Source of the DNA: Roseiarcus sp.
GTDB lineage: Bacteria > Pseudomonadota > Alphaproteobacteria > Rhizobiales > Beijerinckiaceae
DNA length: 64,000 nucleotides
Assembly (NCBI GenBank): GCA_035606915.1
Contig: DATNDU010000008.1
Location: 12,857-76,856 of the forward strand
Direction: 5' to 3'
The notes beneath the pieces are model-generated. The model was not told the origin of the DNA. It made no database searches and saw only the letters and a list, made by a program, of their open reading frames with translations. Below are positions 22,545 to 32,697 of this stretch, piece after piece (the stretch's first letter is position 1; every line of letters begins with the position of its first letter). Position numbers and translations under genes: made by a program.

Positions 22545-23444
22545 ATGACAAGCGCCCCCGCCCGGGATTTCCGCGGCTATGGCGGCCACCCGCCCGATGT
22601 GGCCTGGCCCGGGCAGGCCCGGGTCGCCGTCTCCTTCGTCGTCAATTTCGAGGAGGGGGCGGAACTGTCCGTCACCGACGGCGACGAGCGCAACGAAGGC
22701 GCCTATGAGGCGGTCGAGGAAATCGTCGGTTCGCCGGATTTCTGCCAGGACTCGCATTTCGAATACGGCCCCCGCGCCGGCTGGCGGCGCGTCGCCGGCC
22801 TGCTCGCCGCGCACGGCGCACAGGCGACGCTCAACGCCTGCGGCCGCGCCGTCGAGCGCTCGCCCTGGCTCGCGCGCGAGGCGGTGAGCCAAGGCCATGA
22901 GGTGTCCTGCCACGGCTGGCGCTGGGAGCGACACGCGGGCATGAGCGAAGCCGTCGAGCGGCGCGCCATCGCGCTCACGGTAGAGGCGATCCGCGCTGCG
23001 ACGGGCGTCGCGCCGGTCGGCTGGCACACGCGCTCCGCGGCCTCGCTCAACACGCGCCGGCTGCTCAAGCAGCACGGCGGTTTCCTCTACGATAGCGACG
23101 CCTACAGCGACGATCTGCCATTCTTCGTCGAGGTCGAGGGCGAAAGCAGGCTCGTGCTGCCCTACGCCTTCGACACCAACGACATGAATTTTTTCCGCAC
23201 GCCGCGTTTCGTCACCGGACAGGATTTCGCCGATTACGTGATCGCCGCTTTCGACCGGCTCTGGCGCGAGGGCGCGAGCGCGCCGCGCATGTTGTCGATC
23301 GGCCTGCATTTGCGGATGATCGGCCGCCCGGGCCGCATCGGCGGGTTGGAGACGATCCTGGCGCATATGCGCCAGCGCGGCGGCGCCTGGATGGCCCGGC
23401 GCGACGCCATCGCCCGCCACTGGTTGGCCAATGTTGAGGCGTGA
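22545..23444 (+). CDS. Polysaccharide-deacetylase-fold hydrolase, PuuE-like allantoinase
   Basis: RDFRGYG...WPGQARVAVSFVVNFEEGAE, FEYGPRAG, HEVSCHGWRW, LPYAFDTND, SIGLHLRMIGRPGR. Confidence 0.85.
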   Translation: MTSAPARDFRGYGGHPPDVAWPGQARVAVSFVVNFEEGAELSVTDGDERNEGAYEAVEEIVGSPDFCQDSHFEYGPRAGWRRVAGLLAAHGAQATLNACGRAVERSPWLAREAVSQGHEVSCHGWRWERHAGMSEAVERRAIALTVEAIRAATGVAPVGWHTRSAASLNTRRLLKQHGGFLYDSDAYSDDLPFFVEVEGESRLVLPYAFDTNDMNFFRTPRFVTGQDFADYVIAAFDRLWREGASAPRMLSIGLHLRMIGRPGRIGGLETILAHMRQRGGAWMARRDAIARHWLANVEA

Positions 23445-23451
23445 GGCGTCC

Positions 23452-24147
23452 GTGCGCCGCCTCCTCATCATCAATCCCAACACCACCGAGGCGATGACGC
23501 AGCGTATCGCCGCCCAGGCGCGGCGCTTTGCGGCCCCCGATATGCGCATTGAGACGCGCACGGCGGCCTTCGGACATTCGGTGATCGCCAGCCGCGCGGC
23601 CTACGCCATCGCCGCTCACGCGGCGCTGGAGGCCTACGCGAGGGCGGGCGGCGGCTTCGACGCCGTCATCCTCGCCTGCTTCGGCGATCCCGGCCTGGAA
23701 GCGCTTCGCGAGGTCGCGAGCGAGCCGGTGTTCGGGCTTGCGGAAGCCTCGATCCGGGACGCCGACGGCTACGGCGAACCCTTCGCGATTCTGACTTTGG
23801 GCCGGGCCTGGATCGGAATGCTCGAAGAGCGCGTTCTGCTGGCGCGCGTTGGCGCGCCCTTCCTCGGCGTCTTCGCCGGCGAGGGAACCGGGCTCGACGC
23901 CGCGCACGACGCCGGCGCGGTCGTCGCGCGCCTTCAGGGGCTCGCCGACGCGGCGGTGCGCGCCGGCGCCGGGGCGCTCATCCTCGGCGGCGCCGCGCTC
24001 GCGGGCCTCACGGCGGAGTTGCGGTGCGAGGCGCGCCTCGTCGATTGCGTTGAGGCGACAATGCGCGCGGTGGCCGGCGCGCTCGCGAGCCAGGCCGGAT
24101 CCGTCGCGCCGCCGGGCTCCACCTGCCTCGCGCCGCCGTCGGAGTGA
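23452..24147 (+). CDS. Asp/Glu/hydantoin (allantoin) racemase family protein
   Basis: LIINPNTTEAMT, ILACFGDPGL, LILGGAAL (second catalytic Cys apparently replaced by Gly). GTG start 23452. Confidence 0.85.
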   Translation: MRRLLIINPNTTEAMTQRIAAQARRFAAPDMRIETRTAAFGHSVIASRAAYAIAAHAALEAYARAGGGFDAVILACFGDPGLEALREVASEPVFGLAEASIRDADGYGEPFAILTLGRAWIGMLEERVLLARVGAPFLGVFAGEGTGLDAAHDAGAVVARLQGLADAAVRAGAGALILGGAALAGLTAELRCEARLVDCVEATMRAVAGALASQAGSVAPPGSTCLAPPSE

Positions 24148-24234
24148 GCGCGGCAATGGCGAGGTCCGGTTGGCGGTCGGGCGCAACGACGGCGCCAAGC
24201 GCTTCCCCAATGTCAGCGGCGGCGGAAAAAGCGC

Positions 24235-24572
24235 CAGACGGCGGTGTGAAAGTGCGCCAGTCGGGTTGAGACAAAAGGGCCGCAGTCTCAGGCAGTCGAC
24301 TGCAAGCCAGCTTGAACGCGGGATCGCTTGCGCAAAAGTCGAGTTCGTCGGCGTCCTCATAGCCGCAGCCGATGGCGTGCATCGAAAGCGGCTGCGACTT
24401 TCTTCGATCCAACGGCTGAAAAGAAGAGCGACAGAAGATTACGTCGCTCATGGCGAGCGGAGCGTTGCGAGGCGCCGGCCCGGATGAGCGTAAGCAACCA
24501 AGCCCTACGCTATATCAGCGCCATACGCCACGCTCGCCACCCAAAACTCGCACCCATCATGAATAAGATGGG
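24235..24572 (-). pseudogene. Internally deleted, frameshifted IS1380-family transposase remnant
   Basis: After ATG 24451 a shifted frame reads AVGSKKVAAAFD, joined directly to AIGCGYEDADELD...DPAFKLACSRLPE...SQP; both are hallmark IS1380-family segments. Confidence 0.8.
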
Positions 24573-25256
24573 CTAGGCCACGCCATGGTTTGTAAAGAGG
24601 TTGCGGCTGACGGAGTCTATGTGGGTTCGCATGGCGCTTGCCGCCGCCTCGGCGTCGCGCCGCAACAGCGCCTCGACTATCGCTTTGTGCTCCTCGCAAT
24701 AAGTTTGCCGCCGCTGCGGGCTGAAGGATCGTCGTTTGATATCGCGCCATAGGTCTTGGCTTCGGATCAGGCGTAGGATCTCGTGTAGATGATTGAGCAA
24801 ATCGTTGCGTGACGCCGAGAAAATTCGTTGATGCAGCTCGGCGTCCCAATGCTCGAACGTTTCCATATCGACGGCTTCGACCGCGGCGGCGTGCGAGAGG
24901 GCGACTTCGTGAATGTCGTTGGCGCTGGCGTTTGTCGCGGCAAGGGCGGCGGCGCGCGGTTCGAAGATCTGCCGCACCGCCATCATGTCGATTGGACTCA
25001 CGCCCGTCAGTTTCTGAACAACGCTCATGAAATCGGGGCTGCCGCCATGGCGCAGAAAAGTGCCGCGTCCCACCTCACGGGTCAGCGAACCATCGGCGGC
25101 GATCTTGTCGATGGCGCCGCGCACGGTGTTTCTCGCCACCTTGTATTCCGCCGCCAGGTCGCGCTCGTTGGGAAGGCGGCGGCTATCGCTCCACTCGCCG
25201 GACTCTATGCGCCGGCGAAGCGATTGCTCGATTTCCGCGGCGATTAGTTTCGGCAT
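24573..25256 (-). CDS. GntR/FadR-family transcriptional regulator
   Basis: RLPNERDLAAEYKVARNTVRGAI...GRGTF plus FCD (DAELHQRIFSASRN, EEHKAIVEAL). Divergent from the FAH operon. Confidence 0.93.
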   Translation of the reverse strand: MPKLIAAEIEQSLRRRIESGEWSDSRRLPNERDLAAEYKVARNTVRGAIDKIAADGSLTREVGRGTFLRHGGSPDFMSVVQKLTGVSPIDMMAVRQIFEPRAAALAATNASANDIHEVALSHAAAVEAVDMETFEHWDAELHQRIFSASRNDLLNHLHEILRLIRSQDLWRDIKRRSFSPQRRQTYCEEHKAIVEALLRRDAEAAASAMRTHIDSVSRNLFTNHGVA

Positions 25257-25501
25257 CGCTCTGCGCCAACATGCACCAATGCTAGACCAATTAGCACAAG
25301 CCAGACTCCCTGTCGAGCGCTGTCTTGATGCTTATTTGCCATAACAAAAGCGTTATGTGATAAGTATGTACGTCGCCGCTACGGGGAGATTCGGCGCGCC
25401 GAGCGCAAATTTCGGGCGAGTCGAAAGCGTTTTTCGATTTCTCGCTTGCGTTTTAAACCAAGGAGCATTTCAATGGCTCAGAATACGAGGGAGCGGCCGA
25501 G

Positions 25502-26374
25502 ATGAAGATAGCGACTTATCGCGTCGGCGCCGAGCGTCGGGTCGGCCTGATCGATGAGGCGCGCCAGACGGTTTCACCATTCGATATCCCGGAAGCCGAA
25601 GCGCGGCAGGGCGTTCTCGCCCTCATCGACCGAGCGACCCTGCCGCGCCTGCTTTCGCCCATGCCCTTGAAGGAAGCTGTCCTCGAAGCGCCGATCCCCC
25701 GACCCCGGCGCAACATCTACTGCGTCGGCAAGAACTATCACGAACACGCAAAGGAATTCGCGTCGAGCGGCTTCGATTCCGGCGCCAGCGCCGGCGCGGT
25801 GCCGAAGCATCCGATCATTTTTTCGAAAGTGCCGGAATGCGTGATCGCGCATCGCCATCCGGTTTCGATCGACCGCAATGTCTCGAACGCCATCGACTAC
25901 GAAGCCGAACTCGGCGTAATCATCGGCAAGGGCGGGCGGGGCATCCGGCCGTCCAACGCGCTCGACCATATCTGGGGCTATACGATCATCAACGACGTGA
26001 CCGCCCGCGATCTGCAAGGCCTCTATAGTCAATGGTTGATCGGCAAATCCCAGGACACATTCTGTCCGATGGGCCCCTGGGCCGTTACGAAAGACGAGAT
26101 CGATCTCGGCGATACAAAAATAAAGTGCTGGATCAACGGTGAACTGCGCCAGAACGCCAACGTCCGCGACCTCATTTTCGACGTCCCGACAATCATCGCG
26201 ACGATTTCCGCCGGCGTTACGCTGATGCCGGGCGACGTGATCGCCACCGGCACTCCCGTGGGGGTTGGCATCGGCTTCAAACCACCGAAATACCTTGCCC
26301 CCGGCGACGTCGCGCGTATCGAGATTTCCGGCATCGGCGTATTGGAAAACGAAATCCAGGAGTATCGGGCGTGA
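25502..26374 (+). CDS. Fumarylacetoacetate hydrolase family protein
   Basis: CVGKNYHEH, IFSKVP, DYEAELGVIIGK, INDVTARDLQ, GKSQDTFCPMGP, GDVIATGTP. Confidence 0.93.
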   Translation: MKIATYRVGAERRVGLIDEARQTVSPFDIPEAEARQGVLALIDRATLPRLLSPMPLKEAVLEAPIPRPRRNIYCVGKNYHEHAKEFASSGFDSGASAGAVPKHPIIFSKVPECVIAHRHPVSIDRNVSNAIDYEAELGVIIGKGGRGIRPSNALDHIWGYTIINDVTARDLQGLYSQWLIGKSQDTFCPMGPWAVTKDEIDLGDTKIKCWINGELRQNANVRDLIFDVPTIIATISAGVTLMPGDVIATGTPVGVGIGFKPPKYLAPGDVARIEISGIGVLENEIQEYRA

Positions 26375-27153
26375 CAGGCGCAGCGGTCGGTCAAACCCAG
26401 ATCGAGATCGACGGCTCGGGCTCGGCGATCGTTTTCGTGCACGGTCTCGGCGGCGACTCGAACTCGTTCCAAATGTTGCTGGACGCGCTTTCCGGGTTTC
26501 GCTGCATCCGCCTCGACCTGCCGGGTTCCGGTCGTTCGCCGCGCCCGTTCGAGGCGCTCTCGATCGATCTGTTCACGCAGAGCGTGGCTGAGGTCGTCGA
26601 CAAGGTCGGCGGCGGCGCCGTTCACCTCGTCAGTCATTCCATGGGCACGCTCGTGTGCCAGCATGTCGCCGCGCGCTTTCCCGAGTCCGTCAAGAGCCTG
26701 ACGCTGTTTGGACCGATCGTGGAACCGTCCGACGCGTCGCGGCAGCGTCTGCGCGATCGCGCGCTCGCGGCGCGGCGGGGCGGATTGATAGACATCGCGG
26801 ACGCGGTCGCGCTCGGCGGAACATCGTCGACCTCGCGCAACGCAAACCCGCTGCTTGCTCCGTTCGTGCGCGAGAGCCACATGCGGCAGGACCCGGAAGG
26901 ATTTGCGCAAACCTGCGAAGCGCTCGCCGCCGGCGTCGCCGCGGACCTGAGGCTCCTGCGGCGCCCAATGCTGATCGTGACCGGCGACGAGGACGCGGTC
27001 GCGCCGCCGAGCGCCGCGCGGGCGCTTGCCGACAAGGTCAAAGGGGCTAAGCTGAAAATCCTGGAGCATTGCGGGCATTGGACGCCCTTCGAGCGTCCGC
27101 AAGACTGCGCGCGACTGCTTTCGGAGCACGTAAGGGCGCACGAAATGGCCTGA
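26371..27153 (+). CDS. Alpha/beta-fold hydrolase (PcaD-like)
   Basis: VHGLGG, DLPGSGRS, nucleophile elbow SHSMG, GDED, CGHW. GTGA overlap with FAH. Confidence 0.88.
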   Translation: MTGAAVGQTQIEIDGSGSAIVFVHGLGGDSNSFQMLLDALSGFRCIRLDLPGSGRSPRPFEALSIDLFTQSVAEVVDKVGGGAVHLVSHSMGTLVCQHVAARFPESVKSLTLFGPIVEPSDASRQRLRDRALAARRGGLIDIADAVALGGTSSTSRNANPLLAPFVRESHMRQDPEGFAQTCEALAAGVAADLRLLRRPMLIVTGDEDAVAPPSAARALADKVKGAKLKILEHCGHWTPFERPQDCARLLSEHVRAHEMA

Positions 27154-27207
27154 CGGGCTGCGCGCATTGGCTGCGCCTGCAAAGGGCCGGCATGACGATG
27201 AGGAGGA

Positions 27208-28533
27208 ATGACCATGGCGGACGAGTATAACGGAACCAACGGCTCGGGCGGCGTCATCTTCACGAACGTCCGGATTCTCGACGGCACCGGCGAGTATCCC
27301 TACACCGGCGAAGTCACGGTGCAGGGCAACCGCATCAAACAGGTGACCAAGGGCTCCTCGCGGCTGAACGGCGGCGGCGGCATGGGCGGGCAGACGGTGA
27401 TTGACGGCATGGGTGCGACGCTCATGCCCGGCCTCTGCGATGCGCATCTGCATCTTTCCTGGAACAACGCGCCGGGCATCGACCCCATCCAGATGATGCC
27501 GCCCGAGGAGCATACGCTCGTCACCGCCCAGATGGCCAAGCTGGTGCTGGACGCCGGTTTCACCATGGGCTGCGGCGCCGCGGCGGCCAAGCCTCGCCTC
27601 GACGTCGTGGTTCGCAACGCGATCAACAAAGGCATGATCCCCGGCCCGCGCTACCGCGCCGCCGGCCCGGAAATCACCACCGTCGGCGGTCTCGGCGATT
27701 CCGCGCCCTCGCATATCCCGCATGAAGGGCTGAACCTCGGCATCGTCGTTTCCGGTCCTGAGGAGGTGCGCCGCACCGTGCGCACGCTGATTAAATACGG
27801 CGTCGATTCCATCAAGCTCAATCTGTCCGGCGAAGAAATCACCGGCATGGGGGCCGAAGAGACGCCGATGGCGGAAGAGGAAGTTGCGATGGCGGTGCGC
27901 GAGGCCAAGGCGCGAGGCCTCGTACTCGCCGCTCACGCGCGCTCGTCAGGTTCCGTCATTCAGTGCGTGCGGCACGGCATTCAAAATATCTATCACGCCT
28001 CCTTCGCCAACGAGGAAGCGCTGGATATGCTGGAGGCCAACAAGGACAAACACTTTGTCGCGCCCGGTCTTGCGTGGCTTATCAACACGGCGCGCCACGC
28101 CGGGGAATGGGGGATCAAGCCGGGCTCGCCGCTCACCATCGCCTACGAGCGCGAACTCGAGCACGCCGTGGAGAGTTGCAAGAAGATGCATAAGCGTGGC
28201 ATTCGCGTCCTCATCGGCGGCGACTATGGTTTTGCCTGGACGCCGCAGGGCACCAACGCCAAGGACCTTGAGATCTTCGTCGACATGCTCGGCTTCTCGC
28301 CGATGGAAGCCATCATCGCCGCCACCAAACTCGGGGGTCAGATCATGATGCGCGGCGACGAACTCGGGATGATCAAGCCGGGCTATCTCGCCGACATGCT
28401 GCTCGTCGACGGCGACCCGATCGCCAACATTCGCGTCTTACAGGACAAGGCGCGGCTCATCGCCATCATGAAAGACGGCCAGTTCCACAAAGCGCCAAAG
28501 ATGAATGAACAACGCCGACGGATGACCGCGTGA
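27208..28533 (+). CDS. Metal-dependent amidohydrolase (prolidase/ochratoxinase-like subgroup)
   Basis: PGLCDAHLH, GVDSIKL, AHARS, IYHASF, GGDYG, GYLADMLLVDGDP. Confidence 0.88.
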   Translation: MTMADEYNGTNGSGGVIFTNVRILDGTGEYPYTGEVTVQGNRIKQVTKGSSRLNGGGGMGGQTVIDGMGATLMPGLCDAHLHLSWNNAPGIDPIQMMPPEEHTLVTAQMAKLVLDAGFTMGCGAAAAKPRLDVVVRNAINKGMIPGPRYRAAGPEITTVGGLGDSAPSHIPHEGLNLGIVVSGPEEVRRTVRTLIKYGVDSIKLNLSGEEITGMGAEETPMAEEEVAMAVREAKARGLVLAAHARSSGSVIQCVRHGIQNIYHASFANEEALDMLEANKDKHFVAPGLAWLINTARHAGEWGIKPGSPLTIAYERELEHAVESCKKMHKRGIRVLIGGDYGFAWTPQGTNAKDLEIFVDMLGFSPMEAIIAATKLGGQIMMRGDELGMIKPGYLADMLLVDGDPIANIRVLQDKARLIAIMKDGQFHKAPKMNEQRRRMTA

Positions 28534-30587
28534 GCCTTACTAGCGCCAGACCCGCTGAAGGCGTCACGGCTCGTCAGGCCTGGACGGGACTTGCCCTGCT
28601 CGCCGGGGCGATCTTCCTTTGGATGGTGTTTGGCGTCTGGCCGGATTGGCTGGATTGGCTGCTCATCGGTAAAAAGGCCTTCGTCAGCGCAGTGCTCAAC
28701 GGCGTTACGCTGGCGGGCCTTTATTTCCTCGTCGCTAGCGGTTTCACGCTGGTTTTCGGATTGATGCGCAACGTCAATCTCGCGCACGGCTCGCTCTACC
28801 TGCTCGGCGCCTATATCGGTTACGACGTGACGCAATGGACCAATAATTGGTTCACGGGCGTCCTCGCCGGCGCGCTGGCCGTAGGCGTCGTCGGCGCCCT
28901 GTTGCAAATCCTCGTGTTCCAACGCCTCGCCGGCGACGAACTGCGGCAGACGCTGGTGACGCTCGGCATCTCCATTGTCGCGGCCGATCTCATGCTGGCG
29001 ATCTGGGGCGGCAAGACCTACCAGTTCACAATTCCGGACTGGCTCGACGGCGCCGTCAACACGCCGATCATCACCGCGATCAGGTCAAACGGCCAGATCG
29101 TGACCATGCGCTATCCCTTCTATCGCCTCGTCGTGCTCGCCGCCTCGATCGTCATCGGCGTTGGCCTGTGGCTGGCGCTCAACAAGAGCAAAGTCGGCAT
29201 GATGATCCGCGCCGGCGTTGACGATCGCGCCATGCTTTCGATGACGGGCGTCAATGTTCGCCTGCTGTTCGTCGGCGTTTTCGCGATCGGCGGCATGCTC
29301 GCCGGCTTTTCCGGCGTTATTGGCGGCTCTGCGCTGTCGGTAGCCCCGGGCGAAGACATCCGCTATTTGCTGGCGTCGCTGGTCGTTGTGATCGTCGGCG
29401 GCATGGGCTCAATCACTGGCGCCGCTATCGGCGCGTTGCTGATTGGCCTGGCCGAGCAGATCGGGCTGGTCTATTTCCCCACCTATGGCATCGTCCTTAC
29501 CTTCGTCATCATGGTCGTGACCCTGGCGTTGCGTCCGCAGGGGATCATGGGCAACGCCCGCACGCGCGATGCCGATCCGCTGCGGGCGGCTTCGCCCGGC
29601 GATATCGTCTCGCCCGAATTCACGCCGGCGACCGCCTGGCTCGGGCTCGCGCTCATCTTATTCCCGCTCGTCGTATCGCCATTCGTCGCCTTCCAGATTG
29701 GCGCGCAGACCTTGATCTTCGGCATGATCGCGCTCTCGCTGATGCTGCTTGCGGGCTATGGCGGGATGGTTTCTCTCGCCCAACTGACGGTAGCGGGCGT
29801 CGCCGGTTACAGCGTCGCTATTCTCGGCCCTAACGGAACCGGCGTACTCGGCTTCGGCTGGCCCTGGTGGCTTTACGTGCCGGCGGCGATCCTGATCGCG
29901 GGCGGCGTTTCGGCGTTGATTGGCATGATCGCCGTGCGCACTGCCGGCATCTACACGATCATGATCACGCTGGCGGTCGCGACGGCGTTCTACTATTTCG
30001 TGCAGCAGAACTACTCCCTGTTCAACGGACACTCAGGCTTTCGCGGCGTCGCGCCGCCGACGGTGTTCGGCGTCGAATGGCATCGGCAGATTCCCTTCTA
30101 CTATCTGAGCCTTGGCATTGCCGCGCTCGCCTATAGCGCCGTCATCTATTGTGCTCGATCCACGTTTGGGCGGGCGCTGATGGCGACGCGCGACAACGCG
30201 CGCCGAGCGAGCGCGGTCGGCTACGATGTCACGTTGCATCGGGTGGTCGCCTATTTCTTCGCCGGAATCATCGCCGGCGCCGCGGGCGTACTGTACGTCT
30301 GGTTCAACGGCCGCATTTCTCCGGGCTCGGTGGGAGTTGGCCAGGTGATAGGCATCCTCGTCATCGCCGTGATCGGCGGTCTGCGCCATCCCATCGGGCC
30401 TTTCATCGGCGCGGCGGTCTATGTCTTCCTGAACACCTTCGCGATCAACATCGTTGGCGCCGACCGCTTCAACACGCTTATCGGACTGGTCTTTCTCGTG
30501 ATTGTTTTCGCGTCGCCTGATGGCCTGCTCGGCCTCTGGCGTCGGCTCGCGCCGTACTTGGCCGCAAAACCTCTGCGCGAATCCTAG
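28530..30587 (+). CDS. Branched-chain-amino-acid-type ABC permease, LivH-LivM fusion
   Basis: First half SGFTLVFGLMRNVNLAHG...IVGGMGS; second half LAGYGGMVSLAQ, RDNARRASAVG, VIGGLRHPIGP; 685 aa. Confidence 0.9.
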   Translation: MSLTSARPAEGVTARQAWTGLALLAGAIFLWMVFGVWPDWLDWLLIGKKAFVSAVLNGVTLAGLYFLVASGFTLVFGLMRNVNLAHGSLYLLGAYIGYDVTQWTNNWFTGVLAGALAVGVVGALLQILVFQRLAGDELRQTLVTLGISIVAADLMLAIWGGKTYQFTIPDWLDGAVNTPIITAIRSNGQIVTMRYPFYRLVVLAASIVIGVGLWLALNKSKVGMMIRAGVDDRAMLSMTGVNVRLLFVGVFAIGGMLAGFSGVIGGSALSVAPGEDIRYLLASLVVVIVGGMGSITGAAIGALLIGLAEQIGLVYFPTYGIVLTFVIMVVTLALRPQGIMGNARTRDADPLRAASPGDIVSPEFTPATAWLGLALILFPLVVSPFVAFQIGAQTLIFGMIALSLMLLAGYGGMVSLAQLTVAGVAGYSVAILGPNGTGVLGFGWPWWLYVPAAILIAGGVSALIGMIAVRTAGIYTIMITLAVATAFYYFVQQNYSLFNGHSGFRGVAPPTVFGVEWHRQIPFYYLSLGIAALAYSAVIYCARSTFGRALMATRDNARRASAVGYDVTLHRVVAYFFAGIIAGAAGVLYVWFNGRISPGSVGVGQVIGILVIAVIGGLRHPIGPFIGAAVYVFLNTFAINIVGADRFNTLIGLVFLVIVFASPDGLLGLWRRLAPYLAAKPLRES

Positions 30588-30637
30588 GGGTTGGCTTCAC
30601 GTTCAACAAAGCCCAACATGGGCGTTCAAGGGAGGGA

Positions 30638-31891
30638 ATGATGAAGGGTACTGCGAAGACTTTGCTGATGGCGGCTTTGTTGGGCGGTGTGGCGCTTATG
30701 CCGCACGCGGCTCTCGCCGACGGGACGATCAAGGTTGGCCTGTTGGCGACGCTGGAGGGCGCGTTCACCGTGCTCGGCCAGGACAGCATGCGCGGCGCGG
30801 AACTGGCGCTGAAAGAACACAATTACATGGCTGGCGGCAAGAAGATCGAAATCATCAAAGGCTCGTCCGACGCTTCACCGGACAGCGCCGTCAAAGCCGC
30901 GCGAAAGCTAGTCGAGCAGGACGGCGTGGCAATCCTGATCGGGCCGCTGTCCGGCGATGAAGGGTTGGCCATTAAAGACTACGCCAAGACCCAGCCGAAC
31001 GTGACCTTTGTCAATGGCGTCTCTGCGGCGCAGGACACGACGCTTCGCGATCCCGCTCCCAACTTCTTCCGCTTCAACACCGATGGCGCTCAGTGGATGG
31101 CTGGGCTCGGCGACTACGTCTACAACGTGAAGAAATACAAGACGGTGGTCACCGTCGCCGAGGATTATTCCTTTCCTTATAGCCAGGTGTTTGGCTTCAT
31201 GGCGTCGTTCTGCCGCGATGGCGGCCATGTGCCGAAGAAGTTCTGGGTGCCGATTGGCAACAAGGACTTCTCCTCGGTCATCGCCGCAATTCCAGACAAT
31301 GTCGACGCGATTTATGTTGCGCTTGGCGGCGCCGATGGCGTGAATTTCCTCACGCAATACCAGCAGGCTGGCGGGACCGCGCCGCTGATTGGCGGTTCGA
31401 TCACCGTCGATCAGACGGTGCTCAGCACCAAAGGCAAGCAGCGCGATTACATCGTCGGCACGCCGTCAGCCGGGCCGATCGCCGACAACGACCCTGGCGC
31501 GGCTTGGAAGAAGTTCGTCGCCGACTACAAGGCCGCCTTCAAGGACGGTTTCCCGTCGCCGTCGCTGTTTGCGCAAGGCTATTACATCAATACCGAGGCG
31601 GTGCTGCTCGCGCTCGACAAGATCCACGGCGACCTCTCCGGCGGCGAAAAGAAATTGCGCGATGCGCTCAGCACTCTCCAGTTCGAGACGCCGACCGGGC
31701 TCGTCAAGCTGGACAAGAACCGTCAGGCGATCGCCGACAATTATCTGACCGAAGTCGCCAAGGCCGACGATGGGCATCTCTACAACAGGGTCATCAAGGT
31801 GGTGCACAACGTCAACCAAACTTTGGGCATTCCCGAGGCGGACTTCCTCAAGCTCGGCAAAGCGAGCCGCGACAACCCCGACTGCAAGTAA
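30638..31891 (+). CDS. ABC substrate-binding protein, Liv/aromatic-compound-binding type
   Basis: Signal peptide, IKVGLLATLEG, IGPLSGDEG, EDYSFP, DFSSVI. Confidence 0.9.
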   Translation: MMKGTAKTLLMAALLGGVALMPHAALADGTIKVGLLATLEGAFTVLGQDSMRGAELALKEHNYMAGGKKIEIIKGSSDASPDSAVKAARKLVEQDGVAILIGPLSGDEGLAIKDYAKTQPNVTFVNGVSAAQDTTLRDPAPNFFRFNTDGAQWMAGLGDYVYNVKKYKTVVTVAEDYSFPYSQVFGFMASFCRDGGHVPKKFWVPIGNKDFSSVIAAIPDNVDAIYVALGGADGVNFLTQYQQAGGTAPLIGGSITVDQTVLSTKGKQRDYIVGTPSAGPIADNDPGAAWKKFVADYKAAFKDGFPSPSLFAQGYYINTEAVLLALDKIHGDLSGGEKKLRDALSTLQFETPTGLVKLDKNRQAIADNYLTEVAKADDGHLYNRVIKVVHNVNQTLGIPEADFLKLGKASRDNPDCK

Positions 31892-31911
31892 GCCCCGCGC
31901 GAGATCCCACC

Positions 31912-32697
31912 ATGGCAGGCGACAAAGCCGCTGAACGTCTTTCCTCCAACAGCGTTCATGCGCTGGAGTTGGCGGGCGTCGGGCATCAATTTGGGGCGCT
32001 TGTCGCGCTCGCCGACATCAACCTCCGGGTTGCCGCCGGCGAGCGGCGGGCTATTCTCGGCTCGAACGGCGCCGGCAAGACGACGCTGTTCAATGCCGTG
32101 ACAGGAGATTTTCCGCCGACGTCGGGGCGGATTCGCTTCTTCGGCGAGGACATCACCGCTTTTCCGGTTCAGGAACGGATCCGGCGCGGACTGCGCCGGA
32201 CCTATCAAATCAGCCAGTTGTTCGGCGGACTGACGGTGCTCGACAGCATCTTCGTCGCCTGCCGCGGCGTATCGCATCGCCGCCTCTCGCTTCTGCGCCC
32301 GTCGGCGAACGACGTCACCATGGCGCAAGCACGCTCGATCGCCCATTCCGTCCAACTCGACGACATTTTAGAGACGCCGGTTTCCGTTCTCAGCCATGGA
32401 CAGCAGCGCCAGCTTGAGATCGCGCTGGCGCTGGCTGGCGCGCCGCGCTTCATCCTGTTTGACGAACCGGCGGCCGGCCTATCGCCTTCCGAGCGGCGCG
32501 ACCTGGTCGCGATCCTCAACGCGCTGCCGGCCTATATCGGCTATATTATTATTGAGCACGATCTCGACGTGGCGCTGCGCGTATCGACCTACGTCACTAT
32601 GATGCACAATGGGCGTATTTTCACAGAAGGCACGCCCGAGCAGATCGAGAACGACCGCCAAGTGCAGGAGATCTATCTCGGAGCGGGTCATGGCTAA
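31912..32697 (+). CDS. ABC ATP-binding protein (LivG-like)
   Basis: GSNGAGKTT, LSHGQQRQLEIALAL, FDEPAAGL, IEHD. Confidence 0.92.
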   Translation: MAGDKAAERLSSNSVHALELAGVGHQFGALVALADINLRVAAGERRAILGSNGAGKTTLFNAVTGDFPPTSGRIRFFGEDITAFPVQERIRRGLRRTYQISQLFGGLTVLDSIFVACRGVSHRRLSLLRPSANDVTMAQARSIAHSVQLDDILETPVSVLSHGQQRQLEIALALAGAPRFILFDEPAAGLSPSERRDLVAILNALPAYIGYIIIEHDLDVALRVSTYVTMMHNGRIFTEGTPEQIENDRQVQEIYLGAGHG

